This document shows, piece after piece, positions 1 through 8,391 of a DNA stretch of 64,000 nucleotides (position 1 is the first letter of the stretch; the number at the start of each line of letters is the position of its first letter). Position numbers and translations under genes: made by a program. Under the pieces are notes generated by a model that worked only from the letters and a program-made list of their open reading frames with translations, searched no databases and was not told where the DNA came from. This DNA comes from an uncultured cyanobacterium (lineage in GTDB: Bacteria; Cyanobacteriota; Cyanobacteriia; Phormidesmidales; Phormidesmidaceae): NCBI GenBank assembly GCA_963793265.1, contig CAWBZI010000001.1, forward strand, positions 384,001 to 448,000. Reading direction: 5' to 3'.

Positions 1-979
1 AGACTTTAAAGGCGCTTTGCAAGACGGCTATGCCACCGCTGTTGAAGCAATTGTTCGAGATATTCCAGGCAGCGACGCCGACCGTCAATTTGGCAGCGCA
101 GAAGATACTTTTTACAGCTACGCAGCGCCAGGACTACCTTCTCAGGTCACGGTGCTCGCTGGCTCTGCGCTCGCTCCCGGCGACGTGCAGGCAGTTAAGG
201 ATATGGTAAAAGCGTTCGGTCTCAATCCGGTTGTGCTGCCTGACTTGTCAGCGTCCCTCGATGGTCATCTCATTGACCAAAGCTATTCGGGCAACACCAG
301 TGGCGGTACGCCGCTTAGCCAAATCAAAGCGCTTAGCGCCTCCGCCTTCACTTTTGCGGTTGGCCACAGTATGAAGCTCTCTGCCGAAATTTTGCAGCAG
401 CGATTTGGCACTGAGTTCAAACTATTCGAAGATCTCACGGGTCTAGAAGCCGTCGATAGCTTCTTGCAGACACTCAGTGAAATTAGCAGCCGTCCTGTCC
501 CTGAAGTATTCCGTCAGCAGCGACGTCAGCTACAAGATGCCATTCTCGACGCGCACTTCTTCTTTAATCGCAAGCGAGTGGCGCTAGCGCTAGAACCTGA
601 TCTGTTACACAGCGTAGCCTGGTGGCTCGCCACTATGGGCGCAGAGATCCATACCGCTGTGACCACCACTAAGTCCACCGTGTTAAAAGACCTTCCGGTC
701 GATAAGGTCACTCTTGGCGACTTAGAAGATTTTGAGGAATTCGCTCAGGGTGCGGACTTACTCATCGCCAACAGCAGTGCTAAGGCCCTGTCCAAGCGGC
801 TAGGAATTCCGCTTTATCGAATGGGATTCCCCGTGTTCGACCGCTTGGGCAACGGCTCTCGCTGTAGCGTTGGCTACAACGGCACCAAGCAGCTTTTGTT
901 CGATATCGGCAACATTTTTATGGAAGCTGATGAAACTCAGGCTCACGAGCAGGTTCACGCCTGGCGAGAGAATCTGTAG
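1..979 (+). CDS. nifN: Nitrogenase FeMo-cofactor scaffold NifN, 3' part (begins upstream of the window)
   Basis: Frame open from base 2 (DFKGALQDGY); NifN-like segments LPDLSASLDGH, DAILDAHFF, GDLEDF, GFPVFDRLG; directly followed by nifX. Confidence 0.92.
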   Translation, partial: DFKGALQDGYATAVEAIVRDIPGSDADRQFGSAEDTFYSYAAPGLPSQVTVLAGSALAPGDVQAVKDMVKAFGLNPVVLPDLSASLDGHLIDQSYSGNTSGGTPLSQIKALSASAFTFAVGHSMKLSAEILQQRFGTEFKLFEDLTGLEAVDSFLQTLSEISSRPVPEVFRQQRRQLQDAILDAHFFFNRKRVALALEPDLLHSVAWWLATMGAEIHTAVTTTKSTVLKDLPVDKVTLGDLEDFEEFAQGADLLIANSSAKALSKRLGIPLYRMGFPVFDRLGNGSRCSVGYNGTKQLLFDIGNIFMEADETQAHEQVHAWRENL

Positions 980-1041
980 CGCCGCCCAAAAGACTGGCCG
1001 GAAGACTGGCCAAAAAACCTTTAGAAAAAGGAGACCCTCTG

Positions 1042-1485
1042 ATGAAAATTGCATTCACCACTAATGACTCTGTTCATATCAACGCTCACTTTGGCTCTGC
1101 CAAACAGATCGATGTCTATGAGGTCGATAACAACAGTTTTGTTTTCTTAGAGTCGCTGACCTTCGGCGGCAATCTCAATCAAGACGGCAACGAAGACAAG
1201 CTAGAGCCTAAGCTAAAAGCCCTTGCAGACTGCACGATTGTCTATGTGGTCGCTATCGGCGGCGGCGCAGCGGCGCGGCTGATCGGGCGCAATATTACGC
1301 CTATCAAGGCTCAGTCCGACACCGCCGAGATCCAAGATGTGCTAGCGCGCCTGGTACAAACGCTTAACGGTAGCCCGCCGCCTTGGTTGAGAAAGGCACT
1401 GTTGAAAAGTCAGCAGGCCCAATCCGTCTCTCTAGATAAGTTTGAAGATGAATTTGACACCGTTACGGAGGAAGTTTTGGTATGA
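1042..1485 (+). CDS. nifX: FeMo-cofactor carrier NifX
   Basis: MKIAFTT..HINAHFGSA, DGNEDKL, PPPWLRKAL; position after nifN. Confidence 0.95.
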   Translation: MKIAFTTNDSVHINAHFGSAKQIDVYEVDNNSFVFLESLTFGGNLNQDGNEDKLEPKLKALADCTIVYVVAIGGGAAARLIGRNITPIKAQSDTAEIQDVLARLVQTLNGSPPPWLRKALLKSQQAQSVSLDKFEDEFDTVTEEVLV

Positions 1486-1958
1486 GTTCTGTTATTACGC
1501 CTGAATTAGAGGCCGCTCTGGTTATTGATCGCTCAGCCTTTCTCAAGGCTATTGTTCAGCAAATCCGTGCGAATGATGCCTATGGCACCTATCGCAACTG
1601 GGCTGACGAACTGTTGCTTAAGCCCTACATTCTCTCTAAAAAAGAGAAGCGGGCCATTTCAGTAGAAGGCGAGGTCGATCCGATTACGCTAGCTAGGATT
1701 TTGGCTTTTTACCGGGCGATCGCCATCTGCATTGAAACCGAAACTGGCCAGCTCTCCCAAGTCGTTGTCGATCTCAGTCACGAAGGCTTTGGCTGGGCGC
1801 TGGTCTTCTCGGGTCGTCTTATTCTTGTTTCCAAAACGCTAAGAGATGCCCAGCGCTTCGGCTTCACTTCCTTGGAAAAACTCAGCGCTGAAGGCGAAAA
1901 TCTGGTCAGTAAAGGCGTTGAGCTAGCTAAGCGTTTCCCTGAAGTTTGCGACGTTTAG
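1482..1958 (+). CDS. NifX-associated nitrogen fixation protein (DUF269-like)
   Basis: QIRANDAYGTY, SHEGFGWALVFSGRL, LRDAQRFGF; conserved position after nifX; ATGA overlap. Confidence 0.88.
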   Translation: MSSVITPELEAALVIDRSAFLKAIVQQIRANDAYGTYRNWADELLLKPYILSKKEKRAISVEGEVDPITLARILAFYRAIAICIETETGQLSQVVVDLSHEGFGWALVFSGRLILVSKTLRDAQRFGFTSLEKLSAEGENLVSKGVELAKRFPEVCDV

Positions 1959-1960
1959 TG

Positions 1961-2129
1961 TAAGGATCAAGGATTTAATAAGCTCCACAACTTGCTGAGC
2001 CCTCATCCCCAACCCTTCTCCCAGTGGGAGAAGGGAGCCAGACTCAGAGCCCTCTCCCACTGGGAGAGGGACGGGGTGAGGGCAGCGGCGAACAAGCGAA
2101 TAGTCAAATTATTTAATTCCCGTTCCTAA
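1961..2129. mobile_element. MITE-like element containing a GC-rich double hairpin
   Basis: Imperfect ~21-bp terminal inverted repeats (TAAGGATCAAGGATTTAATAA / TTATTTAATTCCCGTTCCTAA); inner hairpins 2013-2035 and 2050-2070 enclosed by GCCCTCA..TGAGGGC. Confidence 0.6.
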
Positions 2130-2159
2130 ATGCCCATCGTGCTAATCACTTATAGTGCC

Positions 2160-2381
2160 ATGCTTCAAACTACCCAACCCACCGCTCTCGATACGCTCAA
2201 AAAGCAAGTAAGGCGTCTTAACAGCAAGGCAGGCCAGATGAAAATGGATCTCCATGACATTGCCGAAGGTCTGCCCACTGATTTAGAAAAGCTGCCCGAG
2301 GTAGCCGCTCAAACCTACGACATCTACTGCCAACTGCGCGATCTAAGACAACAGCTCAAAACACTGGAGGCCGCCCAATGA
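2160..2381 (+). CDS. Small nif-associated protein (DUF683/CCE_0567-like)
   Basis: LKKQVRRLNSKAGQMKMDLHDIAEGLP; lies just before nifW; ATG 2160 preferred over 2130. Confidence 0.85.
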   Translation: MLQTTQPTALDTLKKQVRRLNSKAGQMKMDLHDIAEGLPTDLEKLPEVAAQTYDIYCQLRDLRQQLKTLEAAQ

Positions 2382-2698
2382 GTACACTACCCAAAACGCT
2401 ATCGCAGTTCAACCGACTCAAAGATGCTGAAGAATACTTTGCCTTCTTTGCACTGCCGTACGATCCCGAGGTTTTGAACATCAATCGTTTGCATATTCTC
2501 CAGAAGTTTTCTGAGATTGTTAAAAACGAAGAAAACACTCAGGATGAGGCGAAAACGCTGGCGGCCTACCGCCAAGCTCTACAAACCGCCTACGATCTGT
2601 TTACGACCTCTTCTTCGGTAGAGCAAAAGCTGTTCAAAGTCTTCAAAGACAGGCCCAAAAACGTTGTGATGGTATCCGATATCGCGGTGGAATCATGA
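2378..2698 (+). CDS. nifW: Nitrogenase-stabilizing protein NifW
   Basis: DAEEYFAFFALPYD..VLNINRLHILQKF, QKLFKVF. Confidence 0.93.
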   Translation: MSTLPKTLSQFNRLKDAEEYFAFFALPYDPEVLNINRLHILQKFSEIVKNEENTQDEAKTLAAYRQALQTAYDLFTTSSSVEQKLFKVFKDRPKNVVMVSDIAVES

Positions 2699-3498
2699 CG
2701 TTATCTCCAGCCCCTTCTCTATCTCCTGATCTATCCCCCACCGAGGTCGAACGCTACCACCGACAGATGATGCTGCCAGGACTAGGCGAGGCCGGTCAAC
2801 AACACCTTAAAAATACGACGGCACTCGTCACGGGCGTCGGTGGGTTAGGTGGAACCGCAGCGCTCTATTTAGCCGTAGCAGGCGTTGGCCATCTCATCTT
2901 GGTGAGAGGCGGCGACCTTCAGCGGGACGATCTTAACCGACAGGTTTTGATGAGCGATGATTGGGTTGGTAAGCCCCGAGTGTTTAAAGCTCAAGACACG
3001 CTAAGGCGGATCAATCCCGATATTGAAGTCGAAGCCATCTGTGAATATGTCACTGACAACAACATCGATGCTCTTGTGCAGCGAGCCGATATCGCTCTAG
3101 ACTGCGCCTTTAATTTCAAAGAGAGAGATTTGCTCAACGCGGCTTGCGTACGGCATGGCAAGCCGATGATAGAGGCCGCCATGAATGGAATGGAAGCCTA
3201 TCTCACGACCATTGTCCCAGGAGAGACGCCTTGCCTGACCTGTCTCTTTCCCGAAAAGCCCGAATGGGATCGTTGGGGGTTTGGGGTGCTAGGAGCGGTG
3301 TCCGGTACGCTGGCCTGCCTCGCCGCTCTAGAGGCAATCAAGCTAATAACGGGTTTGGGCGACCCGCTGTTGGGTCAGCTCCTGACGATGGATCTCGCCC
3401 GCGCTGAATTTGCTAAGCGCCGTGCCTACCACGATCCTCACTGTGCCATCTGTGGTTCAGATAATAAATTCTCTCACTCACTGCTGAATTCCTTTTAA
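2695..3498 (+). CDS. hesA: HesA (ThiF/MoeB family)
   Basis: ERYHRQMML, GVGGLG nucleotide-binding motif, DLNRQ, two CxxC; nif context. Confidence 0.9.
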   Translation: MTLSPAPSLSPDLSPTEVERYHRQMMLPGLGEAGQQHLKNTTALVTGVGGLGGTAALYLAVAGVGHLILVRGGDLQRDDLNRQVLMSDDWVGKPRVFKAQDTLRRINPDIEVEAICEYVTDNNIDALVQRADIALDCAFNFKERDLLNAACVRHGKPMIEAAMNGMEAYLTTIVPGETPCLTCLFPEKPEWDRWGFGVLGAVSGTLACLAALEAIKLITGLGDPLLGQLLTMDLARAEFAKRRAYHDPHCAICGSDNKFSHSLLNSF

Positions 3499-3502
3499 AC
3501 TT

Positions 3503-3838
3503 ATGTCCTTTACCACTTTCGCTCTTCTCAGTTTAGCCGTAGTTGCTTGGCGGTTTGCTCGCTCCCACAGCGACGTCGGCCGCATCCTGGCCAGTCTTTT
3601 AAGCGTGGTTTGTTTGGTCGTCGGCTTAGTCACGGCGTCCCCTTTAGTTAAAAGCTTAGTTCTGCTCAGCGTCCTTCTCTACCCTGTCGTTGTTGAAAAG
3701 CATCGACTGCTCTCACTGCCTGAACCTTGTTCGAAATATACCTGTCCCAAGTACGCTAGTTGTCCTCAAGATTTCGACTGTTCGCGCTACGTCCCCAAAT
3801 ATTCACTAGGAACTCTCCATGACCGTTACCATCACTGA
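3503..3838 (+). CDS. Hypothetical small membrane protein with Cys-rich C-terminus
   Basis: Hydrophobic N-terminal segments, tail CSKYTCPKYASCPQDFDC; fills the hesA-hesB gap and overlaps the hesB start. Confidence 0.6.
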   Translation: MSFTTFALLSLAVVAWRFARSHSDVGRILASLLSVVCLVVGLVTASPLVKSLVLLSVLLYPVVVEKHRLLSLPEPCSKYTCPKYASCPQDFDCSRYVPKYSLGTLHDRYHH

Positions 3839-4184
3839 ACTTGCTGAACTTCGGCTGCGCGCGTTTGTGCGCGGCACGCCAAACCCAACGCCTACCCGAG
3901 GCGTTCGCCTAGCTGTCAAAGACGGTGGCTGCAATGGCTACGAATACGATATCAAAATTGCTAACTCGCCTAATCCTGAGGACGAAGTGACCGAAGTTGG
4001 CAGCCTCAAAGTCTTTGTCGATCCCCAAAGCTCTCCTTTGCTAGAAGGCGTGGTGGTGGACTACATCGACAGTCTGCTAGAAAGTGGATTCAAATTTACG
4101 AATCCTAACGCGACCGATACCTGTGGCTGTGGGAAGTCTTTTCAGACAGAGGACTGCGGTTCACAAGGAGTGCCCTGTAGCTAA
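3819..4184 (+). CDS. hesB: Fe-S assembly protein HesB/IscA family
   Basis: GGCNGYEY and TCGCGKSF motifs. Confidence 0.92.
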   Translation: MTVTITELAELRLRAFVRGTPNPTPTRGVRLAVKDGGCNGYEYDIKIANSPNPEDEVTEVGSLKVFVDPQSSPLLEGVVVDYIDSLLESGFKFTNPNATDTCGCGKSFQTEDCGSQGVPCS

Positions 4185-4237
4185 TCATTTTTGTCCGATA
4201 ATTTTTGTTCATCGTTAGAAAAACTAGGAGACTCATC

Positions 4238-4537
4238 ATGACGACTTACCAAGTTCGCCTAATCAACAAGAAGCGTAAAATTGATGTCACTATTCCGGTT
4301 GATGATGATGTGTATATCATCGACGCCGCAGAAGACAACGACATTGACCTACCCTATACCTGCCGGTCGGGTGCTTGCTCTAGCTGTGTTGGCAAAATAG
4401 TCGAAGGCGAAGTCGATCAAGAAGATCAGTCCTTTTTAGAGGACGAGCAAATTGCCAAAGGTTTTGCAGTTTTGTGCTCTAGCTATCCACGCTCAGATCT
4501 CACTATCAAAACGCACATGGAAGCGTATCTGATCTAG
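4238..4537 (+). CDS. fdxH: 2Fe-2S ferredoxin FdxH
   Basis: [30 protein letters not shown] before ATG 4238; nif context. Confidence 0.9.
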   Translation: MTTYQVRLINKKRKIDVTIPVDDDVYIIDAAEDNDIDLPYTCRSGACSSCVGKIVEGEVDQEDQSFLEDEQIAKGFAVLCSSYPRSDLTIKTHMEAYLI

Positions 4538-4623
4538 GCGAACAAGCTTTCAATAGCTGACTGCTTAAACCGGTTAAATCATCGTCGTTTATCGTTCATA
4601 CCTAGCGAGGTTAAAGAGTTTTT

Positions 4624-4875
4624 GTGTTTACTGGATTCACGATATCTGGCGCTTCTCTTCAGCTACTCAACGTTGGAGAACGCGGCACCATTGCCCGAAT
4701 AAAAGATGCCGACCCTTCTGTTCAAGACAAAATCAGAAGGCTAGGACTATCACCTGGGGTGTCAATCACCATAGAACAGCGATTTCCTCGCTTTGTTGTG
4801 CGTACTTGCAACGGGTCTGCCGCACTTACTCAAGCGATGATTCGGGCCATTTACGTGCGCACCTACGCTACTTGA
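4624..4875 (+). CDS. feoA: FeoA-family protein
   Basis: LQLLNVGERGTI..LGLSPGVSITIEQRFP; follows fdxH. Confidence 0.75.
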   Translation: MFTGFTISGASLQLLNVGERGTIARIKDADPSVQDKIRRLGLSPGVSITIEQRFPRFVVRTCNGSAALTQAMIRAIYVRTYAT

Positions 4876-4920
4876 ATTTGAGACAATAGAAGTAAAAAAG
4901 AAGTAAAAAGGAGAAAAATA

Positions 4921-5451
4921 ATGGCAAACATTGGCATTTTTTACGGCAGTACTTCTGGTGTTACAGAAGAGATTGCGGAGAAGATACGAGACGAAATAGG
5001 CGAAGACCTATGCGACCTGTACAGTATGGAAGAAGACTTTGACGATGTTGAAGATCTGCTGAAGTATGACTACTTACTACTCGGCTGCTCTACTTGGGGG
5101 GCTGGAGAAGTGCAAAACGACTGGCGCGAGCCTTTGTTTGATATGGAGATCGAGAAGCCTGACTTCTCGGGGAAAACGATCGCCTTATTCGGCGCTGGCG
5201 ACTGTACGGGGCATGGCAAACACTTTGTCGGTGCGCTAGGTACGCTCTACGAGCAGTTTAAGGCGTTAGGTGCCAAGCTAGTTGGTGCGGTTTCTGCCGA
5301 AGACTATTCCTTTGAAGCGTCCTCCTCAATTCGAGACGGTCAATTTGTTGGACTGCCGCTAGATGAGGTGAATGAAAGTGAAAAAACAGATCGGCGGATT
5401 GCCGATTGGCTAAACTTACTAAGCGCTGACTTTCCAGCGCTGGCCACCTAA
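4921..5451 (+). CDS. Long-chain flavodoxin
   Basis: IGIFYGSTSGVT, GCSTWGAG, ALFGAGD, FVGLPLDEVN. Confidence 0.93.
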   Translation: MANIGIFYGSTSGVTEEIAEKIRDEIGEDLCDLYSMEEDFDDVEDLLKYDYLLLGCSTWGAGEVQNDWREPLFDMEIEKPDFSGKTIALFGAGDCTGHGKHFVGALGTLYEQFKALGAKLVGAVSAEDYSFEASSSIRDGQFVGLPLDEVNESEKTDRRIADWLNLLSADFPALAT

Positions 5452-5463
5452 CAGGACAGTCGC

Positions 5464-6123
5464 ATGACGCCTACGAATACTTCACCTGCTCAGACTAATC
5501 GGAGCCGCCCCCCGCACCATCCGTCATGGACAAACTACTACCAGGCGGTGGCAGGGCGTCCCCCGCGCGAAACGCTGATGGCAGCGCTTGAGGCTTTTGC
5601 CACAGAGCCGCTGCCATCGGCTACAGCTAGATTTGCGGTGGATTTGGGCTGCGGCAACGGGCGCGATACGGTGGAGCTACTTCGGCAAGGCTATCTGGTT
5701 CTGGCGATTGATGCAGAGCCTGAGGCGATCGCCCAGCTCAATCAGCGCTCAGATATTGATCCTGCTCGCTTAGAAACTCGAATACAATCCTTCGAGTCGT
5801 TGTCTTTACCGGTCAATGTCGATCTCATTAACGCCAGCTTCTGTCTTCCTTTTTGCCCACCAGAACAGTTTCCAACGCTGTGGCAAAAAATAGTCAGCGC
5901 ACTGCGACCCGGCGGACGATTTTGCGGACATTTGTTTGGCGATCGCGATACCTGGATAAAATATCCCAACCGCAGCCATCACACCCGAGCACAAGTTGAC
6001 GAACTGCTGAAGCCCTTTGATATAGAACTTCTAGATGAGGAAGAACATCCGGGTAAAACGGCGTTAGGAGAAGAAAAGTACTGGCATATTTTCAACATTG
6101 TGGCTCGGCGAAATGAAACCTAG
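5464..6123 (+). CDS. Class I SAM-dependent methyltransferase
   Basis: AVDLGCGNGRD motif I; LRPGGRF. Confidence 0.88.
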   Translation: MTPTNTSPAQTNRSRPPHHPSWTNYYQAVAGRPPRETLMAALEAFATEPLPSATARFAVDLGCGNGRDTVELLRQGYLVLAIDAEPEAIAQLNQRSDIDPARLETRIQSFESLSLPVNVDLINASFCLPFCPPEQFPTLWQKIVSALRPGGRFCGHLFGDRDTWIKYPNRSHHTRAQVDELLKPFDIELLDEEEHPGKTALGEEKYWHIFNIVARRNET

Positions 6124-6167
6124 CGAAATGAAACCTAGCGAAATAAAACCTAGCGAAACGAAACTTA
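6108..6167. repeat. 15-bp tandem repeat, four copies (GCGAAATGAAACCTA and variants)
   Basis: Read directly; first copy overlaps the methyltransferase stop codon. Confidence 0.9.
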
Positions 6168-6185
6168 AGAAGGAAGAGAGAGGCA

Positions 6186-7190
6186 ATGAAGGTTGCAAAA
6201 GACGTTACTCAACTCATTGGTCGTACCCCACTGGTGCAACTAAACCGAATTCCACAGTCGGAGGGCTGCCAATCTCAGATATTAGTCAAGTTAGAAGGCA
6301 TGAATCCTGCCGCGTCTGTAAAGGACAGAATCGGGGCTAATATGATTGACGCGGCAGAGCGCTCAGGTAGCCTAACCCCTGGCAAAACGGTCGTCGTAGA
6401 GCCGACTTCCGGCAACACTGGAATTGGCCTTGCCATGGTCGCAGCGGCAAAGGGCTATCGTCTCATTCTCACCATGCCCAAAACCATGAGCACCGAACGG
6501 CGAGCGATGCTCAAAGCCTACGGTGCGGAGCTGGTGCTAACGCCTGGGAATCAGGGTATGAAAGGGGCGATCGCCATGGCAGAAGAGATTGTCGCTCAAC
6601 TCCCCGATGCCTTTATGCCTCAACAGTTCAAAAATCCTGCAAACCCTCAAATTCATACGGAGACAACGGCAGAAGAGATTTGGGCCGACACCGATGGCGA
6701 AGTCGATATCCTGGTCGCAGGCGTGGGCACGGGCGGCACTATTACTGGAGTGGCCGAGCGGTTAAAGTCGCTGAAAGAGAGCTTTCAGGCCGTTGCCGTA
6801 GAACCTGAAAACAGCCCTGTTCTCTCGGGCGGCAGTTCAGGATCGCACAAGATTCAGGGCATTGGCGCGGGCTTTATTCCAGACATTCTAAATGTCGATC
6901 TGATTGATGAAGTCGTGCGCGTTACGGATGAAGCTGCCATCTCTTTCAGCCGCCGCCTGGCCCGAGAAGAAGGGCTTCTTTCTGGAATTTCTACGGGAGC
7001 AGCCCTTGCTGCCGCCATTCAAGTGGGCAAGCGGCCCGAAAACGCCGATAAACTCATTGTGATGATACAGCCTAGCTTTGGCGAGCGCTATCTCAGCACC
7101 GCCCTGTTTAAAGATCTTGAACCGGCGTCTCCTTCTTTGATACCCGACAGCTTACCACTCGACTATTTAGCCACTCATTCTGTTGTTTAG
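6186..7190 (+). CDS. cysK: Cysteine synthase A
   Basis: NPAASVKDR (PLP lysine), [29 protein letters not shown]. Confidence 0.96.
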   Translation: MKVAKDVTQLIGRTPLVQLNRIPQSEGCQSQILVKLEGMNPAASVKDRIGANMIDAAERSGSLTPGKTVVVEPTSGNTGIGLAMVAAAKGYRLILTMPKTMSTERRAMLKAYGAELVLTPGNQGMKGAIAMAEEIVAQLPDAFMPQQFKNPANPQIHTETTAEEIWADTDGEVDILVAGVGTGGTITGVAERLKSLKESFQAVAVEPENSPVLSGGSSGSHKIQGIGAGFIPDILNVDLIDEVVRVTDEAAISFSRRLAREEGLLSGISTGAALAAAIQVGKRPENADKLIVMIQPSFGERYLSTALFKDLEPASPSLIPDSLPLDYLATHSVV

Positions 7191-7217
7191 TATCAGCCGC
7201 TACCCGCCTAAAATCCT

Positions 7218-7508
7218 ATGACAAACCAATCTAAGACTTCTGAACATAAGACTTCTCAAAAGGATTCGCTTCAGTTTCGGCATATGAGGTTAATCGATCG
7301 ACTGCTGCAATGCCCAAATGGAGAAGAACCTGAGATTCTAAACAGCGAGCCTGAACTGCTCGACGAGTCGTTCGTGCGGGCACTTATGAAAGCTGCTAGC
7401 TACTTCGCCCATCATGACAATCCTGACTCGGCTAAGTTTCTCATCTTTATCGCTCGCGAACTCAGCCGTCAGCTTGGGCTGCATCCTGTAGACAAAGCAC
7501 CCTCCTAA
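7218..7508 (+). CDS. Hypothetical protein
   Basis: 96-aa ORF between cysK and modA on the cluster strand (LIDRLLQCPNGEEPEIL). Confidence 0.7.
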   Translation: MTNQSKTSEHKTSQKDSLQFRHMRLIDRLLQCPNGEEPEILNSEPELLDESFVRALMKAASYFAHHDNPDSAKFLIFIARELSRQLGLHPVDKAPS

Positions 7509-7556
7509 CTGGATGTACCCTCCTCGCGTTTTCGCCCAACTCACCCCCGCAAGGCT

Positions 7557-8387
7557 ATGAAGCATCGCCAGCTCATTCCACCTTTTTTAGTTCCACCTTT
7601 TTTAGTAGGATTGATTGTCTCTTTTATCCTCAGTGCCTGCACCGGGGGGCCGCTGGCGGTGATGACAAATGTTTCGTCTGGCGATGCCTCACCAACGACA
7701 ACCCTTACGGTTTCAGCAGCGGCCAGTTTGCAAGCAGCGCTAGAGGCGATCGGGCCTCAGTTCAGCGCCGCCCACCCTAGCATCGCCATCCAATACAACT
7801 TCGGTGCTTCTGGGGCGCTACAGCAACAAATTCAGCAAGGCGCTCCCGCCGATGTCTTTTTCTCCGCAGCGTCTCAACAGATGGACGCGCTCGCCAAAGC
7901 GGAAATGATACTGCCGAACTCTCGGCGAGATATCGTCGCTAACGAGCTTGTCCTGATCGCTCCACCCAAAACGGACATCGCAATTACTGATTTAGCCCAG
8001 CTTAAAGATATCAACATCCAGCGCTTCGCCGTAGGAGAGTTTCGCAGCGTTCCCGCCGGACAATATGCCGAACAGGTCTTGAAGGAACTCGACCTACTGG
8101 CGGCTCTACAGTCCAAGTTTATCTTTGGCAACAACGTTCGCACAGTCCTCTCTGCGGTCGAAAGTGGTAACGCCGACCTGGGCATGGTCTACACTACCGA
8201 CGCAGCTCTCTCCGAACGAGTCACCGTACTCGCAACCGCGCCTGCTAGCGCTCACGAGCCTATCGACTATCCTGTTGCTATTGTAAAAGAGACTGCTGCG
8301 CCCGAAGCAGCACAAACCTTCATCCATTTTCTAACGACAGAGGCCGCCCAACAAACGTTCGAAGACTTCGGATTTAGCCGGAGCTAA
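7557..8387 (+). CDS. modA: Molybdate ABC transporter substrate-binding lipoprotein
   Basis: LSAC lipobox, VSAAASL, FGASGAL, VPAGQYA, VYTTDA. Confidence 0.95.
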   Translation: MKHRQLIPPFLVPPFLVGLIVSFILSACTGGPLAVMTNVSSGDASPTTTLTVSAAASLQAALEAIGPQFSAAHPSIAIQYNFGASGALQQQIQQGAPADVFFSAASQQMDALAKAEMILPNSRRDIVANELVLIAPPKTDIAITDLAQLKDINIQRFAVGEFRSVPAGQYAEQVLKELDLLAALQSKFIFGNNVRTVLSAVESGNADLGMVYTTDAALSERVTVLATAPASAHEPIDYPVAIVKETAAPEAAQTFIHFLTTEAAQQTFEDFGFSRS

Positions 8388-8391
8388 CCCC

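Noticed and set aside
6108..6167. Possible CRISPR array
   Set aside because: Units are 15 bp, head-to-tail with no spacers, and no cas genes are in the window
6098..6340. 80-aa ORF with EMKPS repeats
   Set aside because: Translation of the tandem repeat, overlapping cysK out of frame
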